Below are positions 22,581 to 35,248 of a stretch of DNA of 64,000 nt, in pieces (position 1 is the first letter of the stretch; each line of letters begins with the position of its first letter). The notes under the pieces were generated by a model. The model saw only the letters and a program-made list of their open reading frames with translations. It was not told where the DNA came from and did not search any database. This stretch comes from Macrostomum hystrix (lineage: Eukaryota > Animalia > Platyhelminthes), in assembly GCA_950097015.1 (NCBI GenBank), contig CATNEN010000010.1, positions 248,001 to 312,000 on the forward strand, given 5' to 3'. A program made the translations under genes and the position numbers.

Positions 22581-23146
22581 TAAAAACAATTTTGACTATT
22601 CTTCTGCAGCGCAGAGCTGTGCAGTAGCAACAGAGGCCCTCCTCAAAATTGCTGTGCTTGGTGGGGCGGGGGGCAGAAAACATTTGTAGCCACCATCCAA
22701 TGCGAGAATTTGGTGGGTAGAAGGGCAGAGTGAGTGGGTAGAAAGGCAGGGTGAGTGGGAAGGTAGGCGTGACTGAGTGGGTTGAAGAATTGAATTGTTG
22801 ATGCAGTATTTCCTGAGTAGCCGGAATGAGTGCCGATATGAGGAGAAATATTTTATTGAGAGAAGAACGCAGCGAGCCTGTGTCAGGCTACGCAGCATCC
22901 ATGGAATGCTTACTGGCTAAGGAACGCCTTCTAAGCAAGGAAATGCGCGTTAGAAACGTTGGCTACCCCGAGTGCGTCTCCATTATTGTCTATGGCAAAC
23001 TCTGATCTGAATAGAGCAGTATTTTAATTTTGGAATGATTATCATAGCACTACATTTTAGGAATCAAGGAGTGTCGGCAATCTGATGGCCATGCTGGCTA
23101 GTTGAGAATTGCTCTTAGACTCAAAGCCCGCTAGACCGGCCTCTCG

Positions 23147-26100
23147 ATGGCCAGCCTGCTGGAAACCCTGTGGGAGGCCATCCGGCCGAAACTGACCTGC
23201 CAGTCGCAGCGGCCGGAGCTGCGCACTGTGTACATCAACCACCGCAACTTCGACCATCCCAGCCCGGACGGCCAGCCGACCATCGGCCAATTGGAGAGCT
23301 TCCGCAGCAACTCAGTCTGTACCGCTCGCTACAGCATCGTCACCTTCCTGCCGCTGAACCTGCTGGAACAGTTCAGCCGCCTGCCAAACCTCTTCTTCCT
23401 GACTGCCTGCATCATCCAGCTATCCACCGACACACCAGTTAGCGAGATGGCCTCCATCTTGCCGCTTACCTTCGTTATTCTTGTCACCATGGTCAAGCAG
23501 GGTTACGAGGACTTGCTGCGACACCTGGAGGACCGCAAGGTGAACAAGACCCAGGTGTGGGTGGTGCGCAACGGCGAGAGCCAGCTGGTGAACTCTGAGC
23601 AGCTGCACGTGGGCGACCTGGTGAAGGTGTTCTGCAACGAGAGCTTCCCGTGCGACATGCTGCTTCTGTCCAGCTCGCAGCACTCCGGCGAGTGCCTCGT
23701 CACCACCGCCAACCTGGACGGCGAGACCAATCTTAAGACCTTCTGGGCCGCGGAAGCCACCAAGCAGCTGCGGAATGCCGGGAGTCTGTGCCACGACCTG
23801 CTGGGCAAAGTGGTCTGCGAGCAGCCCAAGCCGAACCTGTACAGCTTCGCGGGCATGCTGCACCTGGTGAAGCCGCACGCCAAGGAGTCGATACCGCTGA
23901 ATGCCAGCAACTTGCTGCTCCGCGGAGCCGTGCTGCGCAACACCAGCTTCGCGTACGGATTGGCCATCTTCACCGGCTCGGAGACCAAGGTGGGCCTGAA
24001 CTCCCGGGGCTCGCGGACCAAGAGGTCGGTGGTTGACTCCCGGCTGAACAGCTTCGTACTGGTACTGATTGGCGTGCTGCTGCTGCTCATCGCCCTGCTG
24101 CTGATCGGCAGCGTCATCGCTGCTCGCATGAAGCCCATCGCAAACGCCTGGTTTCTTCCTGGCGAGCTAAATAGATTCAAAATGCAGGCTGCGCTGAACG
24201 CCTTCATCCTCCTACAATCCATCATCCCCATCTCCATGCTGGTCACCATCGAGGTGCAGAAGTTCTTCTGCTCCATGTTCATCGACCACGACCTGGAGAT
24301 GTTTAACTGGATGTCAGACGATGACCAGAGCAATTGGGCCAAGTCAAACACCTCCGAAATCATCGAGGAGCTTGGCATTGTTGATCATTTGTTCTGCGAC
24401 AAGACCGGCACCTTGACGGAGAACATAATGACCTTCCGCGGCTGCTCCATTGCCGGTGTGAAGTACTTCCTGAAGGGTAGTTCACTGATTGCCACCCAGA
24501 ACAGCATGCCGCAGCTGGGAGCGGCACAGCAGGAGTTCCTCGCGCACCTGGCCCTGTGTCACACCGCTCGGGCTGAACATTCGGTGAATAGCGGCCGTCT
24601 GATGTATTACGCTAGCTCGCCTGACGAGAAGGCGCTGCTCGACGGCTGCAAGAAGTTGGGCGTCATCTTCAGGGGACAAACTGACAAGCGTTTGACGGTC
24701 ACTGTCGGCGGGCGAAGCGTGTCCTACGAGGTAAGAGAGCACTGGTTTGACAATTTTTACTGATGAAAAGGTACTGAATTGACATGTCAGGCATTGACTT
24801 GATTGACACGGTAAGTCTTTGACACTGCAGACACTGACACTGCAAAATCTGCCGCAACCCGCCACCACCGCAGCTGCTTCACGTATTAGATTTCGACTCA
24901 GACCGCAGGCGCATGTCAGTGGTCGTCACGGACCCGTTTGGCGTGGCCTGGCTCATCACCAAGGGTGCTGATATGGCCATTCTGCCACGCTGCATCAGCG
25001 GCAGCCAGGAGCAAACTGTCAAGCACGTCGCCGACTTCTGCGCCGAAGGCCTCCGCGTGCTGGCTGTCGCCCGGAAGCAGCTCACGCAGGCGGAGACCAG
25101 AGACATTGCGGCGCAGCTGCACGCCGCTTCGGCCAGCCTGACCGACCGGGAAAGCCGCTTGTCGCAGGTGGCGGATGCGGTCGAGAATGGCCTTCATCTG
25201 CTCGGCTGCACGGCGGTGGAGGACCAGCTGCAGGCTGGCGTGACCGAGTGCATCCACGACCTTCGAAAGGCCGGCATTCGTGTCTGGATCCTGACTGGAG
25301 ACAAGGTGAGTTGGAAGGGGAATCAATCAGTTTATTGCTTGTTGAAAGATTTTCCTTGAGTTCGCTAACCGCTAAATCTGACGCAGATGGAAACTGCCGA
25401 AAACATCAGCCTGGCAGCCGGTCACGCGACAATCGGTATGCCCCGCATCCGCATCATCGGCTGCCGCAACCGCGATGCTGTTGTCTCCGCTGTCTCCGCC
25501 GCAGAGGAGACCGCGGCAAGGTCCGGACCCGGTGACTCCGGTTATTGCCTGGTGCTCGATGGCGACTCTCTGCAGCTGCTGACCGACTGGGCTGACGACC
25601 GCGACCTCTGCCTGCGATTTCTACGCCTGGCCAACAACAGCCCGGCGGTGCTCTGCTGCCGCTGCACGCCGCTGCAGAAGTCGCGCACCGTGGCCGCAGT
25701 GAAGCTCGCCGCCGAAGCCGCCGGCCGCTGGCCGCTGGTCACCTGTGCCATCGGCGACGGCGCTAATGACGTCAGCATGATCAAGGAGGCCCACGTGGGC
25801 GTTGGCCTCTACGGGAAAGAGGGCCGTGCGGCTGCGCTTAACTCAGACTACTGCATGGGCAGGTTGGGTCTCCTGTGTGTCTGTGACAACTTGAAATGCT
25901 TGAATATGTGTAGTCAAGCTTTTTGTAGCTCTAAATCATTTACAAGGTTTACCTACAGAGAATGCAGGTGAAAGTTGATAGAAGAATAGCACAAGACTTG
26001 TCTCATATTTGCACACCAATTACTTCGAAAAGCGGCAGCGCACGAGCGTAGCGCTCAAGCAGCCACCACAACCCCATGACCACCCCAAACCAGTCCAAAC

Positions 26101-27568
26101 ACTCCGGCCAATCACCGCCGCGTGAGGATAGAGAACGAGGAAGAGATTTGAAAAGTGAACGACTGTCCAGCCAATGTGAGCTAGGAGACAAGAGGCGGAT
26201 GAATTCTCTTAAAAAATGACCCGCTTCAAAGGAATGCTTTTTTTCCTGTAGAACATCTGAATTTCTGATTGCAGATTCCGCTTCCTTCGCAAGCTGCTGC
26301 TGTTTCATGGCCATCTGTTCTACTACCGGCTCAGCATGCTAATCAAGTACTTTCTATACAAGAACATCGCTTTCACGCTGCCCCAGTTTTATTACTCGTT
26401 TTACACCGGCTTCAGCCTGATCAGCCTGTATGACTCCTTCTACATAGCGGCCTACAACGCGTGCATGACCGCTTTGCCCATACTAATCTACGGTATCTTC
26501 GAGCAGCACCTGCCAAGGCCGCGTCTCTACCGCGAGCCCCGCCTGTACGCCTCCACCAAGGCAGCCGAGTCGCTTTCCTGGCGCCTGTTCTTCGCCTGGC
26601 TAATTGCTGCCGTCTGGCACAGCCTGGTCTGCTTCTACGCCAACGCGGCCGTGTTCTGGTCTAACAACGACATCGGCAGGCCGGGCATCACCGGCTTCGG
26701 GCAGAGTGCGCTGGGCACCCTGGTAGTGGAATGTCTGGTGATTGTGGTACACGTCAAGCTGCTGATGTGCACCCACTTCTGTCACGTCATCGTTCTGTTC
26801 AGCTTCCTGGTGTCGCTGCTGAGCTACCCAGTGCTGGTAGGCTGCGTGCTCTGCTGTGCTTCAGTCTTTTGAGTTTCTGAAGCAAAAATAGACGTCCCGA
26901 TAGTGACGGTGCCTCCAAATCCCACGGAATGTGTTGTTGGGTCGGGCCAGTTGGCAAGAAGCTCCATGAGACCCCAGTGCCCAAATGTGCGGCCGCAATT
27001 CTCACTGATCAGATTAGCTCCGGCTATACCAAAGGCTTGTCAGGTTTGTAGCTCGCAAAACAAAACTATTGATAGATCGGAGTCTGTCTAGTAGAATTGA
27101 GCTGGTGGAATCCCTGACCACCAAAATGGGATTTCGTGGCGTTGCTAGGGCAACAAGCGAGCAGTTCCATAAGGCTTGGCCTGACATTATACTGAAAGTC
27201 ACCATCGAAGTCTTCTGACTTTGTCCTCGGGGCCATTGTCTCACTCCCAGATCAGTTTCTACAACTCGTCGGTCACGCATATTTTCGAGGAGAACTTCGC
27301 CTTTTTCTGGATGTTTTTCGAGCTGCACTGCCAGCCGTCCGTCTGGCTGCTCATTCCGACGGTGTCGCTGCTGTCGCTGTCGCCCGACGTGGCCGTCATC
27401 ATCTGGAGGCGTGGGCTGCTGGACGATGAGGAATCGCTGGCTGATGGCAAAGCTGACGATGCTCAGAGCTCAAAGGGCAGCGCTGCCGCTACGGCGGGCA
27501 GTCAGAATCAGACCGGCAGCAACAGCCGACGCGCCCGCGCCCGGGCTTCTCGACTGGTGCGCGCCTAA
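23147..27568 (+). CDS. P4-type ATPase phospholipid flippase (ATP11/ATP8-like), about 1123 aa; exons 23147-24730, 24874-25305, 25387-25862, 26275-26836, 27251-27568
   Basis: LDGETNLK, IIPISMLVTIE, DKTGTLT and GDGAND motifs. All five exons are phase-compatible with GT-AG introns. Confidence 0.93.
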
Positions 27569-27925
27569 GCCTCCTGTCGGATTGGCTGCGCTTTCGTGTT
27601 GCCATGCCAACCCTTAACTTCCTCTGGAAGCTTGTTTTAGACTTTAGGGCTGCTTCCTTCTGTTCGGGAGGCACCCAGAGCCGCGAGCAGAAACTTGCTC
27701 ATGCTCACTATCACTTGCTTTGTGACAATGGCCTAGCTTATCATCCGAGACTTCCTTATATAGGATATCCATTTAGGACAGAAAGAACCTTTTAGATTAC
27801 ACAGGTAGATTTCTGTAAGCCTTAGCAATAAAATAAATTCACAGATTGCAATGAAGCCTGATTAAAATCAAATCGACGGATTATAAGTGATTAATTCTTT
27901 ATAATCCACAATTCTCGCAATCCCG

Positions 27926-28835
27926 ACTACTCGCTTCTTCCTCCCTACAATCCGCTTCTTCCTCCCTACAATCCGCTTCTTCCTCCCTACAATCCGCTTC
28001 TTCCTCCCTACAATCCGCTTCCTCCTCCCTACAACCTGCTTCCTCCTCCTTACAACCTGCTTCCTCCTCCCTACAACCTGCTTCCTCCTCCCTACAACCT
28101 GCTTCCTCCTCCCTACAATCCGCTTCTTCCTCCCTATAATCCGCTTCTTCCTCCCTACAACCTGCTTCCTCCTCCCTACAACCGGCTTCCTCCTCCCTAC
28201 AACCTGCTTCTTCCTCCCTACAATCCGCTTGTTTCTCCCTACAATCCGCTTCTTCCCACCTACAATCCGCTTCTTCCTCCCTACAATCCCCTTGTTTCTC
28301 CCTACAATCCGCTTGTTTCTCCCTACAATCCGCTTCTTCCCACCTACAATCCGCTTCTTCCTCCCTACAATCCGCTTGTTTCTCCCTACAATCCGCTTGT
28401 TTCTCCCTACAATCCGCTTCTTCCCACCTACAATCCCCTTCTTCCTTCCATACAATCCGCTTCTTCCCACCTACAATCCGCTTCTTCCTTCCATACAATC
28501 CGCTTCTTCCTCCCTACAATCCGATTGTTTCTCCCTACAATCCGCTTGTTTCTCCCTACAATCCGCTTATTCCTCCCGACAATCCGCTTATTCCTCTCTA
28601 CAACCCGCTTGTTTCTCCCTACAATCCGCTTCTTCCCACCTACAATCCGCTTGTTTCTCCCTAAAATCCGCTTATTCCTCCCGACAATCCGCTTATTCCT
28701 CCCTACAATCCGCTTGTTTCTCCCTACAATCCGCTTGTTTCTCCCTACAATCCGCTTGTTTCTCCCTACAATCCGCTTGTTTCTCCCTACAATCCGCTTG
28801 TTTCTCCTACAATCCGCTTGTTCCTCTCTACAATC
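27926..28835 (+). repeat. Pyrimidine-rich 21-bp minisatellite (CTACAATCCGCTTCTTCCTCC)
   Basis: Period 21 with variant blocks. Confidence 0.95.
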
Positions 28836-31800
28836 GGAGTGAAGTACATAAAGTACATTCATTGGATATGCGCATTGGCTTTTAACACGGTGATTTTTTA
28901 AAAAGTCAACAAGAAAGACTTTTGTTGATTTCTGGCCTTCGTAAACTAAATTTTGTCTCAAAGTTTCCCTAACTTTTAGGCTGTATATTTTTTATGTTTC
29001 TTCGCCTCTTTTCTAAATTTAGTTTGCCTTAAGTCTAATGAAATTATAACAAATAAGCTTTCGCGAAATGGTTTATATGTTTGATAAAAATTCAATTGAA
29101 CGTAAAAAAACCCATGATTTCATATCATTTAATATATGCGTACTAGTTGTAAGTTGTGGCTAAGAATACTACCTACTTTACCTAGTATTAGTGGTATTAC
29201 CAGTAGCAGTTGGTACACAACTAAGTTGTTATAAAAGCAGTAAATATAGTTGGTACAAATATGTGGTAAAAAGTTGTATTATAATGAAATTGCTCGTACT
29301 TTTACTTGCAGTAGTAGCTGTGCATCATACTATACTTTTTTATAATGTAGGAAATATTTTAATAGGCAATTGCAAAATGATTCCGCGAGCCGGCTACCCA
29401 ACCCCAACTCCTTGCTCGTTGCCTTACTGACTGTTTTCTGACTGTGCAAGGAGGGGGAGGTAGGTTTGCCCGAACTGCTCTGACCGGAGGTGACGGTGTT
29501 GTCTCACCGTTGCAATCAACTTGCCAAGAAATGCTAATTCAAGGTTAATATAAATTTAAATGAGAAAAAGTGCTCCAATTAGGGCTTGGAGCTAGACAAG
29601 CATTGCCTCTATGCTGTCTATGGCTTATTTATCTGTCGATGATCACGAAAGTCACGTGACATCGTTTATTCAAGTTCTGCCAATGGTTGACGGGCCACTC
29701 GGATCGGGCGGCATCCCTCTGGGCTGGGCCCTGATGACGCAACACTGAAATTATTCGAGCATCTGGAGCGGTTTGGGATAAAAGTATATATGCAATCGAT
29801 ATCTGGAACTATATTTAGGCCGTAATATGTTTATATGAAAGACGAAAAGCGAATTTTAACGATAAAAGACTTATTGAGTACTGTTATCCTGAATATTCAT
29901 ATTCATATTGAGATACAACATTTCCGAGATCCAAAAGCTAGTTCCTCGCATAAATATTTAAGAATGAGGTCTGAAAGTTAGTGAATTTTTTATCACTTTC
30001 GAAATGACAATTTTTTGTTTTAATTTTATTTTTCATAAGCTTTTTTTTCTGAGAAATGAAGCACTGATCCAAGTGATTAGAAAATTCTGTACAAAAAGGC
30101 ATGGTGTCAAATTTTCTACCACGCCTAATGCTGGACGCAATTTTTTTGGCTGGGTAGACCAGAAATCAAGGGGCAGACTTATAAACAATTAAAACAAGAA
30201 AGCACAAAAGCTCCATAAAATGGAGTAATGTAATTTATTTGAGATCCTGCTGCATTTGCCATTCGTTGGTCACTGCCGCATACGCACGAGAATACTGCCG
30301 AATTTAAGCTGCGAGTTTTTACATATTTTATGTAAACCGAGCAAAGACTCGCCTTTCGCCACTATAAATCCTAATTTGCAAATGTGGTGCAATCCTGATT
30401 GCACAATAAAATTTTGAAAAATATCGGAATCTATAGTTTCAATGATGAAGTATTTACTGACTAGCTATGTTTCTTCGCGGCCGCAAAATAAAAGTTTTAT
30501 TAACTTAAGCAAGCTTTCTTTTTGAAAACTTTATTAGTAAGCATTTTATTTACATTTGTTTTACCTATTTAAATCTAAAGTAAAAAAACACCGGAAAATT
30601 TAAAATATTTTTACTGTGAGTCATACCAAATTTAAAGCGCAACGCCATTAAACGGGTGCTTCTTTATTTTTTCGATTATTGACAATTTGACATCTTTGTT
30701 TTTTAAATCAAAGTTAAAAACGACAATATTTTTTGAATTGCAAAACGAATATATTAATATACCGCAAAAGAAGAGAAAACTCATGAAAAAAGACAAGGAA
30801 AAATAAAGATACTAATCGCACGGAAAATTTAACCAAAAGGGAGAAAAGACTGCATATTTTATTTTCAAGTGATTGAGCAACTTTTATTTATTAAAATTGT
30901 TGCTTGGCTACCTAGGCCTCAGGGCAGCTGCGTGCTGTTCTTGCTCTGATTATAGATAACTTTTGTGATATACTAGTAATTCTAGAGCTTCAGTGCATGG
31001 TTTCCAGTGATCTTGTGCCATTAAGTGCCATTGTGCCTCAAAGATGTTTGATTTATCTCCTGCAGTAAGAAACACAAAATAAGGAAATTTCTCGGAAATT
31101 TTCTTTTCGAAATTTACAATAGTATTGTAATGGTTTTTATTCCTGGCCTTTGAGGCAGTTTTTGAATGGTAACATTGTAGGAATATTTCTAATAATTTGC
31201 TGAATCATTCTATCGTATTTACTGTTCGTTCGTTTAACATCGTTCATTTACTGTACATCGCTGATTACGTAATCGCAACTGACATAAATACAACTAGCAC
31301 GGCCTCATGGGGCCTTCGTAGAATCTGGTTTCACACCGCCAAACACCGCGTGTTACAGTATTCTAGTAGTCTTTCGTAGTTAAGTCTTCTTGTCTATATT
31401 TTTGATTGATACAACAGCTGCTGCGTAACTATATCAAAGATAGTTCTTAACTTCAGGCGTCATTGCGGCAGCCACGAATGAAATTTTACCACAAAATCTA
31501 TTTGGTATATATTTAATTTTCTTTTAGTTCGTAATGTAATGTTACGGTAAAGAAATCTTTGTCAGTTGGTTTAATGGCTTCATTGTTTCAGAAGAACGGT
31601 GCAGTACGTCATTGTACACCCTCTAGTTACATACCAGTCAGCACCATTCATGGCCGAGTTTTCCTTTCCGTGAGAACTTTGTCGGTCAAATTTTGGGACA
31701 GCTTTTTTCAATTAGAAAATTCCACTGGACTGAGCGCCAGGCATGATGCCGAGGTTAGTGCTACTGTGATGCACACTATCACAGAGACTTGTACTGTACT

Positions 31801-32597
31801 CACCGTGCACCAGCTTGTGTGAAGCAGTGGAATTTCCACACTCCTATAGCCAGGGCCGCTTAATGGAAAATTATGCTAACAAATTGAAGGTTGAATTCCG
31901 GAATAGAAGCTATAAGCTATCCGTTCACAGCGGAGTGGAGGGTCTCTTGCAGGTCACGTGACCTGGTCTGGCACAAGTGAATGGCAGAACAATTATGTAG
32001 AGTGAATCCACGGCCCAGTGTACTCTCTCAGATCCAGTCCATGCTGGTTTAGCTGCTGTGAGTGCGTGTCGTGAGGTTCTGCCGAGAAGGATCATTGTGC
32101 TTTGTTCTATGATGCATGTATACAATGGCATGCTGTATTTAGCATTTTTGCTGGCATTTGACTCCATTGCACAAAATATCAGTTAACAGGCAAATCACTG
32201 AGAACTCGACTATTTTGCTGCCGCAGCGATAATTAAGCGCATAAGAAGGCCGAGAAACAAGCGAAATCAAATCGAATCATCGGACTGCGAATTTTCCACT
32301 CAGCTCTGTTCCCAGCTCAACGAACTCATGAATTGACGACATGGAAAGGGGGAATTTCTGGACCACATAAGACGGCTTGGTCCAGAGCCAAGATCAGGGC
32401 AGCCGAACAGGCCGGGTATACAGAGGGTGCAGCCAAGCACTACAACTTACAACTTCAGCAGCCACGCGGGCCGAGCGTGACAGGGGTTTCTCCGCTCTCA
32501 GCCCCAGCAACCTCAAGCTAAAATTGAGTGGCTGGCTGTACAGCCATGCAGGCAGTCAAACCCAAGCGGCGGAGGGGCGGACAGCGCCCTTGGCAGC

Positions 32598-32604
32598 ATA
32601 AATA
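32598..32604 (+). promoter_or_regulatory. TATA-like box (ATAAATA) upstream of PHGDH
   Basis: AT-rich heptamer in GC-rich context about 100 nt before ATG32702. Confidence 0.4.
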
Positions 32605-32701
32605 GACACGGGCCGTGCGCCCCGGTGTCTCCTCTCGTCTCTAAATTCTCTACAGTTCTCTCTTATCTGGTGTTGGTAAGTGCATCTGATCCAAACCGAC
32701 C

Positions 32702-34264
32702 ATGTCGTCTGAGTCTGTCCAGTTCCCTCTGCGCCGCGTACTGCTTAGCGATGACGTTGATCCGCGCTGTGTTCAGCTCCTGGCCGAGGCCGGCATCGAC
32801 GCCAAGCTTAAGGTTGGCCTCGCCCCGGGGGCCCTAATTGCCGAGCTGACTAGCGGCGGCTATGAAGGCCTGGTGGTCCGATCTGCCACCAAAGTCACCC
32901 GCCAGGTGCTCGAAGCTGCTACTTCGTTGCGTGTTGTTGGTCGGGCCGGCACAGGCGTCGACAACATCGACCTGGACGCGGCCAGTGAGCGCGGTGTCCT
33001 CGTGCTGAACGCCCCCGGCGGCAACACAGTTTCTGCCGCGGAGCACGCCTGCACCCTCCTCCTGGGCCTGACACGGCGCGTCCACCTCGCCGACGCCTCC
33101 ATGCGTGCCGGCCGCTGGGACCGCAAAAATTTCACTGGCACAGAGCTGCACGGCAAAACGCTGGCCGTGGTCGGCCTGGGGCGTATTGGACGCGAGGTTG
33201 CAAATCGGATGCGCGCATTCGGCATGCGCACCATCGGCTTCGACCCCATCGTGACGCCCGAGCAGGCTAAGGAGTTCGGCGTCGAGTGGATGGACCTTGA
33301 CAAGCTGTGGCCCGAGGCGGACGCCGTAACGCTGCACGTGCCGCTGCTGCCGCACACGGAGAACCTCGTCAACGCCCGCGTGCTTGCTAGCTGTAAGCGC
33401 GGTGTCTTCATTGTAAACGCTGCTCGCGGTGGCCTGGTGCAAGAAGAGGACCTTCTTGAAGCGCTGCAGTCCGGTCAGTGTGGCGGTGCTGGCCTAGACG
33501 TTTTCGCCGTCGAGCCACCGAAGGACGCTCGTCTGCTACAGCACGAGCGAGTGCTGACCACGCCTCACCTGGGTGCATCCACAGTGGAGGCGCAGAGCCG
33601 AGTCGCGGTGGAGATCGCCGAGCAGTTCGTTCGTTTAGCTCGCGGTGAAGGCGTTCACGGCGCCGTCAACGGCGAAGGCCTCGCGACTACGCCGGAGGCC
33701 GCTGCCTGGCAATTGTTGGCTCGACGACTGGCTCAGCTGGCAGCCGCTGGCGTCGCCGCCGGGCTCGCTGGTCCCAACGGAGATCGGCTTCACCTGCGTT
33801 TGCGCGCTCCTGCCGCACTGGCCCGTCTGGCTCGGCCGTTGCAAGCTGCAGCCGCTGCCGGCGCCCTGACAACCCGAGGAGAGGCGCGTGGTTTGGTCGG
33901 CGCTCTCGCCGCCGCGAACCGCCAGGGCATCGACATTAACTTCGAGGTGGCGTCAGCTACTGCCGAGACGACAAAGTCACCAGCGACGCTGACGCTGGAA
34001 GTCGACTGTCCAGACCGTCAGCCAGGCTGGTCCGTCGCTGGTATCAGCGTCGGGCCTTCGCTGACCCGCTGCTGCGGTCATGAGTTCTCGCAGCCGCTGA
34101 TACTGGAGGGCACAGTGGCACTTCTGCCGCCCGGAGCTCAGCAGCTGCCGCCAATTCAGCACCTCCTAGCAGCCGCTCGCTCCTCCGATGGTAGCTGCGT
34201 GGCCTGCCGGTTGGACGGTCCGGCTGCAATCGACGGCTGCAAACTGAGTGTGACCTTCAGCTGA
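32702..34264 (+). CDS. PHGDH: D-3-phosphoglycerate dehydrogenase (single exon, 520 aa)
   Basis: VRSATKVT, GRAGTGVDNID, NAPGGNT, GLGRIG, NAARGG and TPHLGAST motifs. The C-terminal regulatory region is divergent. Confidence 0.95.
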   Translation: MSSESVQFPLRRVLLSDDVDPRCVQLLAEAGIDAKLKVGLAPGALIAELTSGGYEGLVVRSATKVTRQVLEAATSLRVVGRAGTGVDNIDLDAASERGVLVLNAPGGNTVSAAEHACTLLLGLTRRVHLADASMRAGRWDRKNFTGTELHGKTLAVVGLGRIGREVANRMRAFGMRTIGFDPIVTPEQAKEFGVEWMDLDKLWPEADAVTLHVPLLPHTENLVNARVLASCKRGVFIVNAARGGLVQEEDLLEALQSGQCGGAGLDVFAVEPPKDARLLQHERVLTTPHLGASTVEAQSRVAVEIAEQFVRLARGEGVHGAVNGEGLATTPEAAAWQLLARRLAQLAAAGVAAGLAGPNGDRLHLRLRAPAALARLARPLQAAAAAGALTTRGEARGLVGALAAANRQGIDINFEVASATAETTKSPATLTLEVDCPDRQPGWSVAGISVGPSLTRCCGHEFSQPLILEGTVALLPPGAQQLPPIQHLLAAARSSDGSCVACRLDGPAAIDGCKLSVTFS

Positions 34265-35047
34265 ACCTTCGTGTTGCTCCGAAGGTCTTCTAAATGACCA
34301 TAAACTGCGCGGCACAATGGGTTTCAATTTATTCGTTGACTCGTGTGCCAAATAGTGAACAACTTCGATCTCAATGTCTCGAAGCAAACCAAGCCACGAG
34401 TGCTTTTCCCACTCTGGCTTAGTCTCTGTCTCTTGTTTTTGCTTCTGTAACGGCATCCACCGGTCCTCGTGTACCTTTGGCTCCTGAATCGATTCTCTGT
34501 TGCAGCCATGCAACCTGCGGTTCTACATTTGCCGCCTTTAATCCATTCACTAATGTGGTTTTATGCCCAGCTTTTTCCGTGTTTTTTTAGTTTCCCGCGG
34601 TTTGGCAAGAGACACTAGTCGGTGGAACGGGGAGCTAATCTGTCACGCTGCATGGCCTCAATCCGGCTAAGTTAAGCAGCTTTTGGGACTCCGGAATTCG
34701 ACTATTTTCCCTTGAATTTTAGTTGAGTCCATGTGAAGCTAGCGCAGAAATTTTAGCTTATTTCTTGTATATGGCGGAGCGGCGGAATGAATGCAGTGAA
34801 AGCCACTAGATTGTTGTCTATCATTTAATAAAATTTTGATCAGGGTTCAGTAAGTCGTGCTGTTTTTACGTCGTAAGTAAGTAGCTAGCAGTTTTATAAA
34901 CTGTTATTGGCAGGCTGTTTGTAAGTAATGGCTCTACTTTAGAATTAACTGATCGCTTAAGCTGCACATTAAAAAATAAATTACAAAAAAACTTCTCTTT
35001 GTTTCGTGCTCAGTAAATTGAGTATAGATTTCTTATTTTATCTCGTA

Positions 35048-35248
35048 CACTGCTTCCCGCTGTGAGTCATAAGTTGGCTATAATCACATTTGAGTAGATT
35101 TCTTATGTTCCACTGCTTCCCGCTGTGAGTCATAAGTTGGCTATAATCACATTTGAGTAGATTTCTTATGTTCCACTGCTTCCCGCTGTGAGTCATAAGT
35201 TGGCTATAATCACATTTGAGTAGATTTATTATGTTCCACTGCTTCCCG
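35048..35248 (+). repeat. 63-bp tandem repeat, about 3.2 copies
   Basis: CACTGCTTCCCGC starts at 35048, 35111, 35174 and 35237. Confidence 0.95.

Noticed and set aside
29731-29750. Hammerhead ribozyme core (CTGATGA...GAAA); similar at about 56343
   Set aside because: No stem II pairing between the core halves and no flanking stems I/III.
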